Shown here piece by piece: positions 30,905 through 40,730 of a stretch of DNA of 63,644 bases. Within the stretch, counting starts at the first letter, position 1, and the number at the start of each line of letters is the position of its first letter. The notes under the pieces are model-generated. The model was not told where the DNA came from, did not search any database, and was given only the letters and a program-made list of their open reading frames with translations. A program made the position numbers and the translations under genes. This DNA comes from Polyangiales bacterium (GTDB taxonomy: Bacteria > Myxococcota_A > Polyangia > Polyangiales > Polyangiaceae), in assembly GCA_038230375.1 (NCBI GenBank), contig JBBRNJ010000054.1:1-63644 (forward strand), read 5' to 3'.

Positions 30905-32227
30905 CTACGCGATCGACTTGATCGGGATGGGGGTGGCTCGCGAAGACGGGATCGTGAACAGGAACGTCGCGCCGTCGCCGAGCTTGCTCTCCGCCCAGAT
31001 GTGTCCGCCGTGCGCGCTCACGATGCCCCTGGCGATCGCGAGCCCCAGGCCAGTGCCCTGATAGTGGGAGTCGGGGCTGCGCCAGTACCTGTCGAAGATG
31101 TGGGCCACGTCTTCCTCGCGGATCCCTGGGCCGGTGTCCGCGACCGAGAACAGGAGATCCTCGCCGCGCACGGCCACCCGGAGAGCGATCCGCGCGCCGG
31201 TGGAGGCCGCCTTTATGGCGTTGCCCACCAGGTTGCCGAGCACCTGCAGGATGCGATCACGGTCGCAGTATGCGGGCGGGAGATCGGGCGCGATCTCCGC
31301 GGTCAGCTCGAGCCCCTTCTCCAGCGCGATCGCCTCGAAGCCGGCCACGGTCTCGGCGAGCAGCCTTCCCGGATCCTGCTCCTGCGCCTTGATCGCCAGC
31401 GTCTCGGACTCGACGCTCGCGAAGTCCAGCAGGTCCTCGATCAGTCGCTGCATGCGATCCGCCGCCCGCTTGATGCGACCGACCGCCTTGGGCAGGGCCT
31501 CCCTTCGCTCCACGGGAACGTTGATCTGCGCCAGCGCGCTGGCCGTCATCAGGATGGTTGCGAGCGGGTTTCGGAGGTCGTGCGACACGATCGCAAGGAT
31601 CTGTTCGCGGGTCCGCACGGCGCGTTGCGCCTGCTCGTAGAGCCGCGCGTTCTCTGCAGCGAGCGCCTCGAACTCTTCGCGCTGGGCGTCTGCGAGCACG
31701 CGCCTTCGCTCTGACACCACGCCGCGAGCCTCTGCGTAGATGCGAGCCGCCTCCGCGGAATCGCGCCGCGCGACGTCCTGCCGTCGCCCGCGGGCACGAT
31801 CCAGCGCGGTGGCCAGCTGGTTTCCGATCGCGGTCACGAACATGAGCTCGTTGACCTGAAGGCGCGCAGTGGTGTCCACCAGCAGCGCCCCGAAGGTCTT
31901 CCGATGCGCGACGACGAGCGGCAAAACGATGGTGTTTGCCGCCACCGGCAGGACGTCCCGGGCGGAGGGCTCGGTGAAGTAGCGGTACACCGTCGCCGCC
32001 CGCAGCCTATCCTCTTGCGTCGGACCACCTGGCGACCGTGGCCACACGAAGATCTTCGAGTAGGGCTGGTCGACGTCGATGGCGGTCACGCGCGCGAGCG
32101 GGAGCGAGTGTTGCGCAATGCTGATCACAGCATCGAACGTCTCGTCGATGCTCTCGGTGAGAGCAAGGTGCTTGCTGATCTCGTAGAGCTGCTCGAGCCG
32201 CAGCTTTTCCTTCTTGCGCGTGCTCAC
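30905..32227 (-). CDS. GAF-domain sensor histidine kinase
   Basis: N-terminal GAF-like region; SHDLRNPL, NLVGNAIK, DTGPGI and GTGLGL motifs; GTGA overlap with the KaiC-like gene. Confidence 0.92.
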   Translation of the reverse strand: MSTRKKEKLRLEQLYEISKHLALTESIDETFDAVISIAQHSLPLARVTAIDVDQPYSKIFVWPRSPGGPTQEDRLRAATVYRYFTEPSARDVLPVAANTIVLPLVVAHRKTFGALLVDTTARLQVNELMFVTAIGNQLATALDRARGRRQDVARRDSAEAARIYAEARGVVSERRRVLADAQREEFEALAAENARLYEQAQRAVRTREQILAIVSHDLRNPLATILMTASALAQINVPVERREALPKAVGRIKRAADRMQRLIEDLLDFASVESETLAIKAQEQDPGRLLAETVAGFEAIALEKGLELTAEIAPDLPPAYCDRDRILQVLGNLVGNAIKAASTGARIALRVAVRGEDLLFSVADTGPGIREEDVAHIFDRYWRSPDSHYQGTGLGLAIARGIVSAHGGHIWAESKLGDGATFLFTIPSSRATPIPIKSIA

Positions 32228-34392
32228 CCGAGCTCCCTGGCGTTCGGGGCCTCGCTGGTCTCTACGCGCATGCCGCCACGGCGGATATGGAGCACGTGCG
32301 TGTGCCGGTCGTGTCGGGCGCCGCGCGTCTTCACGATGGTGATCGTTGGTGCGAGCCCGACCCCGTTGGTGGCATAGCGAAGCATGAAGAGGTTGTCGGC
32401 GATCGGCGACAGGCCCACCTCGGTCACGTGCTCCTTCGACAAGAGCGACGGCGCCTCGAGCGTGAGCATGCTGGTGATGCCGAGCGACTTGAAGCGGTTC
32501 ACGAGCTTGTAGAGGACATGGCGCAGCTCTTCGAGCGTCATGCGCTCGGTGAGCATCTGCGTGGTTGCGTCCAGGACGACCCGCTGCGCCTTCATGGCCG
32601 TGAGCTTGTCCGCAAGGACGGTCAGGAACTGCCCCGCGCGAACGTACTCTCGCGAGATGTACATGATCTCCATCTTGCCGTCCGCGACGGCCTTCGCGAG
32701 CGGCAGACCCAGCGCCTTTGCGCTGGCAATGAGCTGCGCTGCGCTCTCCTCGAGCGTGACGTAGAGGCCGGCCTGTCGCTCGTTCACGCCTTCGAGCAGG
32801 AACTGCAAGCCCATCAGGGTCTTGCCCACGCCTGCGCTTCCGGAGACCAGCGTCGCGCTGCGCCGTAGCAGACCGCCAGAGATCAACGGGTCGAGCCCTG
32901 CCACACCCGAGCCGAGCCTCTTCCCGAGCTCCAGCGGTGGCATCGGCGGCTCGTGTCCGTCGTAGGCGTACCGCGGAAAGACGGTGATTCCGCCCTCACC
33001 GATCTCGAGATTGTGGCGGCCCTTCAGGTGGGCCGTGTTGCGCAGCTTGTACACCTCGATGTAGCGCTCGCGGTCAAGGCCCTCCTCCGTGGAGCTGAGG
33101 ATGATGACGCCGTCCACGACGGTCTCCTCCACACCGAAGCGGCTCACCTGCTTCGAGCCGTAGGGAATGTCCGTGGGAAAGAAGCCGACGGCGTTCGCGT
33201 TGTGCACGATGCTGCACAGGTGGAAGACCTTCTCGCGACTGAGCTGCGGGTCGGTGATCTTGTGCAGGAAGACGGAGACGGAGTCGATGACGACCCGCTT
33301 TGCTCCCAGCTTCTTGATGCGCTCCTGGATCATGAGAAGGTGCGCCTCGACCGTGATGTCGGGCTGCGGGATGAAGACGATCTCGATCATGCCGCGCGCG
33401 ATCTGGCGATCGAGATCCCAGCCGAGCCCCCTGGCTGCCGCGCGGAGGCGGTCCTCCGTCTCCTCGAAGGAGAACAGGATCCCTTTTTCGCCCGCCTGGG
33501 CTCCGCGGTAGATGAACTCGAGCGACAGCACCGTCTTGCCGGTACCGGCCACGCCACCGATGAGCAGGCTGGAGCCCCACGGAATGCCAGGGCCGAGGAG
33601 CTCGTCCAGCTTGTCCACGCCGGTCTTGCACCGGCTGGTCGTGGCGTCGTGCGCTTCGCGGGTGATGGCCAGGCGGGGCGCGAACACGTGCACGCCCGTG
33701 ACATCGATCAAGAAGGGGTGCTCCTCGCGGCTGTGGTTCGTGCCGCGCATCTTCACGACGCGGATGAATCGCTGCTGCTCGCCGAGCGCTTCTCGCTGTG
33801 ACAGCGCGATCACGCCGTCCACGATGGAGAAGAACGCATTGGTCTCGTAGTCCGCCACGCCGTATTCGCCCAAGAGGAGCGCGGTGGTCTCCCACGCCAT
33901 CAGGTTCACGGCGAGCTCGTAGCCAAACTTTCGATGATCTTCGCGCGACGTGGCCAGGTCGTCGAAGACCTTGAAGCTGTCGATGACGACGATGTCGGGC
34001 TTGGATTGACGAACGTGCTTCATGATCATGTCCGCGGCCGCCGTCAGCCCGTGCTCGCGGAGCAGATCGCCCAGGTCCACGAACTCCACGCCTTTGCCGA
34101 AGAGCTTTGGATCGAAGAAGTCGAACTGCTGCAGGTGGAGCAGCGTCTTCGCCGTGGGCTCGGAGAGCGTGCTGAAGAAGAGAACGCGCTTTCCCTTCTG
34201 CGCGTTGGAGAAGCAGAGTTGCTGGGTGAGGATCGTCTTGCCAGCGCCAGGTGGCCCGCTGAGCACGGTGACGGAGCGCTTCGGAAGACCTCCTCCGAGC
34301 AGCGCGTCGAAATTCTGGATGCCCGTCTCCAGACGCGGCAGGTCTTTCTTCTTCATCTTGGGTTCCTTGCCCGGTGCCGAACGTCCACTCAT
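32224..34392 (-). CDS. KaiC/RAD55-like ATPase with three tandem RecA-type domains (start may be ATG 34356)
   Basis: Walker A: GPPGAGKT, GVAGTGKT, GSAGVGKT. Walker B: VVIDS, VVIDS, VVLDA. Finger motifs: KMRG, KLRN, KTRG. Confidence 0.9.
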   Translation of the reverse strand: MSGRSAPGKEPKMKKKDLPRLETGIQNFDALLGGGLPKRSVTVLSGPPGAGKTILTQQLCFSNAQKGKRVLFFSTLSEPTAKTLLHLQQFDFFDPKLFGKGVEFVDLGDLLREHGLTAAADMIMKHVRQSKPDIVVIDSFKVFDDLATSREDHRKFGYELAVNLMAWETTALLLGEYGVADYETNAFFSIVDGVIALSQREALGEQQRFIRVVKMRGTNHSREEHPFLIDVTGVHVFAPRLAITREAHDATTSRCKTGVDKLDELLGPGIPWGSSLLIGGVAGTGKTVLSLEFIYRGAQAGEKGILFSFEETEDRLRAAARGLGWDLDRQIARGMIEIVFIPQPDITVEAHLLMIQERIKKLGAKRVVIDSVSVFLHKITDPQLSREKVFHLCSIVHNANAVGFFPTDIPYGSKQVSRFGVEETVVDGVIILSSTEEGLDRERYIEVYKLRNTAHLKGRHNLEIGEGGITVFPRYAYDGHEPPMPPLELGKRLGSGVAGLDPLISGGLLRRSATLVSGSAGVGKTLMGLQFLLEGVNERQAGLYVTLEESAAQLIASAKALGLPLAKAVADGKMEIMYISREYVRAGQFLTVLADKLTAMKAQRVVLDATTQMLTERMTLEELRHVLYKLVNRFKSLGITSMLTLEAPSLLSKEHVTEVGLSPIADNLFMLRYATNGVGLAPTITIVKTRGARHDRHTHVLHIRRGGMRVETSEAPNARELG

Positions 34393-34850
34393 GCTCGTCG
34401 CTTGCGTCCCTTCTCGTTACGGCCCTTCGGCGCCGGCCGCCGCGCGACCCCCACCAGCTGCAGCTCGGCATGAAGCTCCGTGGTCAGGATCTCCGCCGTG
34501 AGGTTGCCGATCACCGACAGGTGCTCGACCAGCACGAAGCGCAGCCCACGTACCAGGTCCTCGCTCTTCATCGTGTCCGCTTGCGACGCGAGGTGTGCGC
34601 AGCGGTAGCCCTCGGTCGCGTCCGCCGTCAGCACCGACAGAAACGGATGCTTCTCCGCCGCGATGAACAGGACCCGCTCAGCGATTGCCATCAGGGTCAC
34701 TTCGCCGAGCGTGGACCTGGCGCGTGCCCAGAGCGCACGGTTGGCGACGTCAAAGAGCGCGAGCAGATCATCTGCGCCGAGCTTCTGAGCGCGCTTTGCG
34801 AGCCATGCGTCGACGAATGCGGCGTGGCCGCCGTTGTCACCCACGAGCAC
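34389..34850 (-). CDS. Hypothetical protein coupled to the KaiC-like gene
   Basis: Helical globular-looking ORF (LWARARSTLGEVTLMAIAERV...LSVIGNLTAEILT); ATGA overlap with the ATPase gene. Confidence 0.7.
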   Translation of the reverse strand: MLVGDNGGHAAFVDAWLAKRAQKLGADDLLALFDVANRALWARARSTLGEVTLMAIAERVLFIAAEKHPFLSVLTADATEGYRCAHLASQADTMKSEDLVRGLRFVLVEHLSVIGNLTAEILTTELHAELQLVGVARRPAPKGRNEKGRKRRA

Positions 34851-34871
34851 CGTCCATTTCGTCCCCCCAGA

Positions 34872-36140
34872 TCATGGCTGTCTCCTCCCGCTCACCAATA
34901 TTCCGCCTTGCTGGTGGGGCGTGAGCGATGAGCGGGACACGCCGGAGTCCACGTCAGCGGTACTCCCCTTGCGGTTCGCGGTCAATGCAGGGTCCACAGG
35001 TAGCCTCGCTCGTTCTGTTCGCGCAGGCTCGACGACAAGAGGCGGACGACCGGTCGGTGCAACATCGATCCACACCGCGGGCCACGAGAACGAGAACGTC
35101 GCGCCGCGCCCGGTCGAGGTGAGCTGTAGCTTCCCACCCCGGGATTCGACGATTCGCCGGGCGAGCGCCAGGCCCATTCCGCTGCCCTCGAGCGTGTCAC
35201 GTGGCTTCAACGTCTGGAAGATCTGGAACACACGGTCGTGGAACTGCTCGGGTATCCCGGGACCGTCGTCCGTGATGTCGAACTGGTAGAAGTCTCCTCG
35301 AAGGTCGCAGTGAACCGTGACCACCGAGGTCGGGCGGTCGCTGTGCTTCACCGCATTCGACATCAGGTTCGTGAGCACGCGTTTGAGGGGGGCGCGCGCC
35401 GTGACGAACGCGGGCAGCGGCGCCGTGGGTACGAGCTGGAGCCTTGGGCGAAGGTCCGAGAGATCGATGATCTCCTCGAGCAGCGCGCCCACGTCCACGA
35501 GGTCCGCGGGGGCACGAGAAGAGCCCACGCGCGAATATTCGAGCAGATCGACCAGCAGGCGATCCATGCGGCGAACGCGGCCACGCAAGAGCGCCATCTG
35601 CTCCTTGGCTTCGCCCGTCAATACAGCCGCAAGATCCGCCTCGAGCCACGCAGACAGCGCGTCCACCGCGCGCAATGGTGCGCGGAGATCGTGCGACGCC
35701 ACGTACGCGAACTGCTCGAGCTCGCGCGTCGCGCGGCCGAGGCGCGCATGGAGCGCGTTGATCGTCGTCGTTGCTGCGCGGGCCTCTGTGACGTCAGTCC
35801 ATGTACCCAGGATCTCGACGGACCCATCCGCGCGCGTGATCGGCCGCGACTGATCCCGCACCACGCGGTACGCACCATCCGCGTGTCGGATCCGGAACTC
35901 CACGTCCGCCTGTTGCGCGTGCTGGCCCACGTCCTGGCGCACGCGCTCGAGGTCGTCGGGGTGGAGGAACGATAGCCACAGCTCCGGCGTCTCCAGGAGG
36001 CGGGCCGCGGGATAGCCGAGCGCGTCCAGGACGTCTTCGTCGATCGCGATCACTGCAAGCGGAGAGGCGCCACTGCGCACGTAGAGCACGCCTGGGTTCG
36101 ACAGGAGATGATGCTCGAGGAGCTCCGTCCGATCAGCCAT
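34872..36140 (-). CDS. PAS-domain sensor histidine kinase
   Basis: PAS_3-like WLSFLHPDD..VEFRIRHADG; YVASHDLRAPL, NLMSNAVKH and GSGMGL motifs. Confidence 0.92.
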   Translation of the reverse strand: MADRTELLEHHLLSNPGVLYVRSGASPLAVIAIDEDVLDALGYPAARLLETPELWLSFLHPDDLERVRQDVGQHAQQADVEFRIRHADGAYRVVRDQSRPITRADGSVEILGTWTDVTEARAATTTINALHARLGRATRELEQFAYVASHDLRAPLRAVDALSAWLEADLAAVLTGEAKEQMALLRGRVRRMDRLLVDLLEYSRVGSSRAPADLVDVGALLEEIIDLSDLRPRLQLVPTAPLPAFVTARAPLKRVLTNLMSNAVKHSDRPTSVVTVHCDLRGDFYQFDITDDGPGIPEQFHDRVFQIFQTLKPRDTLEGSGMGLALARRIVESRGGKLQLTSTGRGATFSFSWPAVWIDVAPTGRPPLVVEPARTERARLPVDPALTANRKGSTADVDSGVSRSSLTPHQQGGILVSGRRQP

Positions 36141-36152
36141 GCTGGCCGCGAT

Positions 36153-36167
36153 GCAAGCGATAGGCCG
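36153..36167 (-). promoter_or_regulatory. sigma54-like -24/-12 promoter (PAS kinase-KaiC operon)
   Basis: Minus strand CGGCCT-ATCGC-TTGC. Confidence 0.55.
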
Positions 36168-36234
36168 CTCCAGGACCCGCCAGATCCTCGTACCAAACAC
36201 GCCCCGCGGGCACATTGCCCCGTGACAATTCGCC

Positions 36235-37743
36235 TCAGTGCAGAATGCTCTCTGCGCAGAGGTCTGCGAGCGTCATGATCGCGATCTGCGGGTTCACGCC
36301 CAGGTTGCCCGGGAACACGCTCGAGTCCGCGACGTACAGGCCCGCGGTGACGTGATGCCGGAAGTCCGGCCGCACGACGCTCGTCTTCGGATCCGAGCCC
36401 ATCTTCGCGGTGCCGAACATGTGCGTCATCGACATGGAGTAGTCGGACGCCACGGTGGAGCCCTCTTGTTCGAACATTGCCATGCGCTTGCGATCGGTGA
36501 CGGTCGCGTCGAAGCCGGGGACGCCGGGGTAGATCTCGACCGCGCCCGCCGCAAGCATCACGTCGCCCAGCACACTCACCGCGCGCCGCGCCTTCAGGAT
36601 GTCCTTCTCCGTGAGCGAGTAAGAGACCAGCGGCCGCGCGGTTCCCGGTGGCCCCGGGCGCACGCGTCCCCGGCCCTCTGCGCGAAGCGCTGCGCCCCAC
36701 ACCGTATAGCGATCGAGCTCCGTGAGGCGTTGCGCGAACTCCGCGCCCACGCCGGGCACGCGGCTCGCGAGCAGCGACACGTCGAAGCCGAGCGTCTCGA
36801 GCTTGATGCCCTCGCCACGGTAGCCCGTGACCTCGTGGCCTTGCGTGGCGCCGCGCCAGCTCACGACCGGCTCTGCGAAGCGCGCGGTCACCGACACGCC
36901 GGGGTGCGCAGTCAGACCGTCACCCACGGGTCCGTGCGTGAGACCGCTGCGACGAAGGATGCACGGCGTCTGGATCGCGCTTGCCGCAAGCACCACTGCG
37001 CGCCGCGCCTTGATCTCGAAGCGCGCGCCGCCTTCCGTCACGCCGGACACGCCCACAGCCCGGCCTTTCTCGAGCAGAACTCGCTCCACGCGCATGCCGG
37101 AGAAGATGCGGGCGCCGTGAGAGACGGCATCGGGCAGGAACGTGAGGTCCATGGAGAGCTTCGCGCCGTGCGGACACCCTTGCAGGCAACGGCCCGCGCC
37201 CACGCAGCCGCGGACGTTGCGCCTGATGGGACGATGCGCGACGCCGACCGCGTCCGCGCCCTGCGCCAGCAGCAGGTTCTTCGGGCCGGCGATGCGCGCT
37301 TCCGTCGGCTGCACGTGGAGGCGCTCCTCGATGCGAGCCTCCGCTGCCGCGACCTTCTCGTACGGGAGCGCGTCGGCAAGCGCCGGGTCGGCCGCGGCCC
37401 ACTCCTCCAGGATCGCCTTCGGCAGCTGCCAGCTGATGGCGCCGTTGATGACGGACGTGCCGCCCACGACCTTGCCCTGCAGGTACGGCATGGACACGTT
37501 GCCGAACGCGATGGACGTCCCCATGTCGCGGTAGAGCGAGGCCATCGCGCGCACGCCGCTCGCCACGAAGTCAGCGGGCTTCGCCTCGTGCCCCTCCTCC
37601 ACGACGATCACGCGTACGCCCGCTTGCGCAAGATGCCGCGCGACCGTCGCTCCCGCAGGTCCGCTGCCCACCACCACCACGTCCGTCTCCACGACGTGTC
37701 GCTCGCGCACCGCGCGCCCGTCGACCTCCACCAGCTGCGTCAT
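36235..37743 (-). CDS. GMC family FAD oxidoreductase
   Basis: VVGSGPAG, VGGTSVING, C...G.C..GC, HMFGTAKMG and YVADSSVFP..LGVNPQ motifs. Confidence 0.92.
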   Translation of the reverse strand: MTQLVEVDGRAVRERHVVETDVVVVGSGPAGATVARHLAQAGVRVIVVEEGHEAKPADFVASGVRAMASLYRDMGTSIAFGNVSMPYLQGKVVGGTSVINGAISWQLPKAILEEWAAADPALADALPYEKVAAAEARIEERLHVQPTEARIAGPKNLLLAQGADAVGVAHRPIRRNVRGCVGAGRCLQGCPHGAKLSMDLTFLPDAVSHGARIFSGMRVERVLLEKGRAVGVSGVTEGGARFEIKARRAVVLAASAIQTPCILRRSGLTHGPVGDGLTAHPGVSVTARFAEPVVSWRGATQGHEVTGYRGEGIKLETLGFDVSLLASRVPGVGAEFAQRLTELDRYTVWGAALRAEGRGRVRPGPPGTARPLVSYSLTEKDILKARRAVSVLGDVMLAAGAVEIYPGVPGFDATVTDRKRMAMFEQEGSTVASDYSMSMTHMFGTAKMGSDPKTSVVRPDFRHHVTAGLYVADSSVFPGNLGVNPQIAIMTLADLCAESILH

Positions 37744-38705
37744 CGCGGCCTCGGCAAATCTGCGCCGTCGTAGCGGCTCCGCACGCGCGGATCGTCGAAG
37801 TACGCGAAGCACGCGAGCGTCTTCAGCGTCACGATGGACTGCCGCACGAAGTACGCGCGGCTCTTCGATGCATGTTGCAGGAATCGCTCGCGCTCCTCCG
37901 GCGACAGGGAAAAGAAGGGCTTCCGGAAGCCGGAGACCACCGGAAGGAAGGTGAGCGTATGGACCATCGGTCGCAGACCGGCGCGCACCAGCGGCGAAGT
38001 GGACTCGTCGAAGCAGCGCCAGAACGGCTCGCGGTTCACGCCTGCAAACGGCGGGAGGTCGTCGTTCTTTCCCGTGGGCATGATCGCCGCGAAGAGCTCC
38101 TCGGCCCACCCGCGCTCCACGCTTGTCAGCTTCAGCGGCCCTGCAACACCACGGCCTTCGTGCTCGTAGGGCACCCAGTCGATGGGGTGTTCGCGCTCCA
38201 GTGTGAAGTACGTGGGCGTCTCCACGGTGCGGCCGCCGATGACTGCGTAGCTCACGCCCAGGAGCTCGTCCGAGTCCCCCTCGTTCAGCGCGACCAGCGG
38301 ATCCTTCACGAAGCGGATCGAGCCAGGTGGGTTTTTCGCGCGCGAGTAGTCGATGCAGAGGCCACGATCGAAGCCCGCGGGCATGGGCACGCCGCGAGCC
38401 TCGATCACCTCGTAGTTCCATTCCGTCACGGGTCGGCCGCGCCGGAGCTTCGGACGGCTCGGCGCGTCCATGCCGTCTTGCTCGAGTCGTACATTCCATC
38501 CAAGCAGGCGACCCGACACGGGCTCGCGCCAGAACGTCTTCTGGAACGTCTTCCATGTGAAGCGCTCCACGATCTTCGGCAGACCAAGGCTAGTGCCGCG
38601 ATAGACCCAGCCCTCGATCGCCGAAGGCTCCACGGGATGCCCGTTCACGATGAGCTCGCGTAGCGCTCTGGTGTCGGCGTTGCGGAGATCGCGCGCGGTC
38701 GGCAT
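37740..38705 (-). CDS. GMC-associated hypothetical protein (C-terminus resembles a dehydrogenase small subunit)
   Basis: Translationally coupled to the GMC gene; C-terminal FFSLSPEERERFL...LKTLACFAYFDDPRV. Confidence 0.65.
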   Translation of the reverse strand: MPTARDLRNADTRALRELIVNGHPVEPSAIEGWVYRGTSLGLPKIVERFTWKTFQKTFWREPVSGRLLGWNVRLEQDGMDAPSRPKLRRGRPVTEWNYEVIEARGVPMPAGFDRGLCIDYSRAKNPPGSIRFVKDPLVALNEGDSDELLGVSYAVIGGRTVETPTYFTLEREHPIDWVPYEHEGRGVAGPLKLTSVERGWAEELFAAIMPTGKNDDLPPFAGVNREPFWRCFDESTSPLVRAGLRPMVHTLTFLPVVSGFRKPFFSLSPEERERFLQHASKSRAYFVRQSIVTLKTLACFAYFDDPRVRSRYDGADLPRPR

Positions 38706-38723
38706 GACGTCCGCAACGCTACA

Positions 38724-39884
38724 TCACTGCAGCACCACGTGCACCGTTCCAACGTCGTGCGTGGGCACCTGGTCTGCCAGCGTGGCCAGACCGAGCGCTG
38801 CGAGCGTCCCGGGATCGATCGCGCGCGCACGCAGTCGCACCACGGCGCTGACGGGCGCGGACAGTTCGGCTGGCGGTGCAACATGCACGCTCATGCTCGC
38901 GCCCGGTGCGAGCACGTTCGGCGTCACGGCATCCGCATCCGTGACCAGCGCGACCGGTGCACCTGCCCTGGTTGGAATGGCGCCCAGCATGACCACGGCG
39001 CTCTGCGTCGCCTGCTTTCCGGCTGCGTCCGTGAAGACCACGTCCGCCCAGATGCGGCGCAAGAACGTCACGCCCGTTGGTACTGCGTGGCCGGCGTCGT
39101 TCGTGAACGTCACGTCAACACCGTGATCCGCGCTCGCGATCGCATCCAGGATGATGGCCGAAGACAGGAGCGCCGCGCTGTCCTTCGCGGCCTGCGCACG
39201 CACGTCCGCCGGCGCGTCCCACGGCGGGTCCACGCCCACGAACCCGTGATTCACGCGCCCGCGCAGGCGCCCTTCCGTCCCCACCGCGCCCGCGGCGATG
39301 GGCCCCGGATCGATCGCGGGCATGTGACATGACGTGCACGTGCGTCCGCCCGCGGCTGCCGGCGACGCGCGGTACTCGGTGAGAGTCGGCTCATTCAAGA
39401 GGCCTGGTCCCGTGACCTGGTGACACGTCCCGCACAGCACGGGTGACTCGAGGAGATCGTACCTGCGTGAGCCGTGCGCAGGCGTTGCCGTCGCGTCGTC
39501 GAACGGTCCGGAGACAGGCGCGGTGAGATCCACGAGCAGCTTGCCATCGCCCTCGCCCGTGTTGCCAGAGGCCGCGTGGCAGGACACGCAGCCAATGCCG
39601 TCGTCGCCGCCGTGCTTCGGTGCATGGCAGGAAACGCATCGCGCACGCGCGTCGTCACCCCACGCCGCGGCGACCCTTGGAAGGAGCGCCTGGAACACGG
39701 GCGATCCCTGGCTCTTCGCGTGGCGCGAGCCGCTCCACGCCTCCGCTTGTGTGGTGTGGCAGGACGCGCACGATGACGCGCGCGGATCGGATGTGACGCC
39801 TTGCGTGTGAGCGTCACCGCACGCCGGAAAAAAAGCCGCAACGACGCTCAGCGCGAGCGCCGTACACCACCAGGCAGATCTCAT
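38724..39884 (-). CDS. Pentaheme c-type cytochrome lipoprotein (c554/c552-like)
   Basis: CASCH, CVSCH, CVSCH, CGTCH and CTSCH; lipobox FPAC; NDAGHAVPTG motif. Confidence 0.88.
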   Translation of the reverse strand: MRSAWWCTALALSVVAAFFPACGDAHTQGVTSDPRASSCASCHTTQAEAWSGSRHAKSQGSPVFQALLPRVAAAWGDDARARCVSCHAPKHGGDDGIGCVSCHAASGNTGEGDGKLLVDLTAPVSGPFDDATATPAHGSRRYDLLESPVLCGTCHQVTGPGLLNEPTLTEYRASPAAAGGRTCTSCHMPAIDPGPIAAGAVGTEGRLRGRVNHGFVGVDPPWDAPADVRAQAAKDSAALLSSAIILDAIASADHGVDVTFTNDAGHAVPTGVTFLRRIWADVVFTDAAGKQATQSAVVMLGAIPTRAGAPVALVTDADAVTPNVLAPGASMSVHVAPPAELSAPVSAVVRLRARAIDPGTLAALGLATLADQVPTHDVGTVHVVLQ

Positions 39885-39889
39885 CGTGC

Positions 39890-40555
39890 TCAGAGGAAGT
39901 GAATCTGCAGGCCCATGTTCGGCTGGAACACGCCCACTGTGCTCACGCCCGGGCTCACGGAGCCCGTCCAGTTCTGCGAGCTGCGATCGTGCGCCAGGTA
40001 CCCGATGGCCTGTGCCTCCATGAAGAAGGACCAGTTCCGTTCGAGCGCGACCTCCATTCCGAGCCCGCCGTGCAGGCCGAACAAGATGTCGTCCGCGCGC
40101 GGGCCGCCCGAGTGCTCCGGCTCGATGAAGCTAAACACCGCGCACATGCCGAGCAGCGGACGCAGACGCACCGAGCGCGAGATCTGGAACGGCATGTAGA
40201 TGTTGAAGCCGATCGGATGATCGTGCCTCATGCCACCGCTGGGCCATTGCACGGCCAGGTGATCGGCAAAGCCCTCCACGCCGAACGTGTGCGGCCACTC
40301 GTAGCGAAGGCGTCCGCCCACGCCCGCCGCGGGGTACGCGCCCGCCCACGCCACGCCATACCCGCCAACGGCGAGTCGGTGGTCGAACGGATCCCTGGAC
40401 TCCAGCGGCTGTGGCTGCGCCGGCTTGTCCGCCTCCGGAGTTGCGGTGACGGTGGTCGGTTGTGCGCGGGCGTCAGGCGCAAACCCGAGCACTGCAACGG
40501 CGGAGAGGGCGGAGAGGGCACAAGAAAGAGCGGAAAAAACCCGGGTTCCGAGCAT
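39890..40555 (-). CDS. Putative small outer-membrane beta-barrel protein
   Basis: Signal peptide (ARA-Q), alternating hydrophobic strands, C-terminal GLQIHFL. Confidence 0.65.
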   Translation of the reverse strand: MLGTRVFSALSCALSALSAVAVLGFAPDARAQPTTVTATPEADKPAQPQPLESRDPFDHRLAVGGYGVAWAGAYPAAGVGGRLRYEWPHTFGVEGFADHLAVQWPSGGMRHDHPIGFNIYMPFQISRSVRLRPLLGMCAVFSFIEPEHSGGPRADDILFGLHGGLGMEVALERNWSFFMEAQAIGYLAHDRSSQNWTGSVSPGVSTVGVFQPNMGLQIHFL

Positions 40556-40730
40556 GGGGCCTCCATCGATGAAGAAGAGGTCCATGACGCTCCAGACGTA
40601 AACCACGCCTGGATCAATGGGCCTCGATGGTGTGTGGAGGCAGGTCGCTGCGCTTATGAACGTGATGAGAATTTTCTGCCACGCGCCCAAGGTTTGCGAT
40701 GGCTGCCCGGAGAGAGGTACGTTTGAGACA

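Noticed and set aside
32224..34392. Calling the ATPase a true circadian kaiC
   Set aside because: It has three domains, no canonical ST phosphosite pair and no kaiA/kaiB in the window, so no gene symbol was given.
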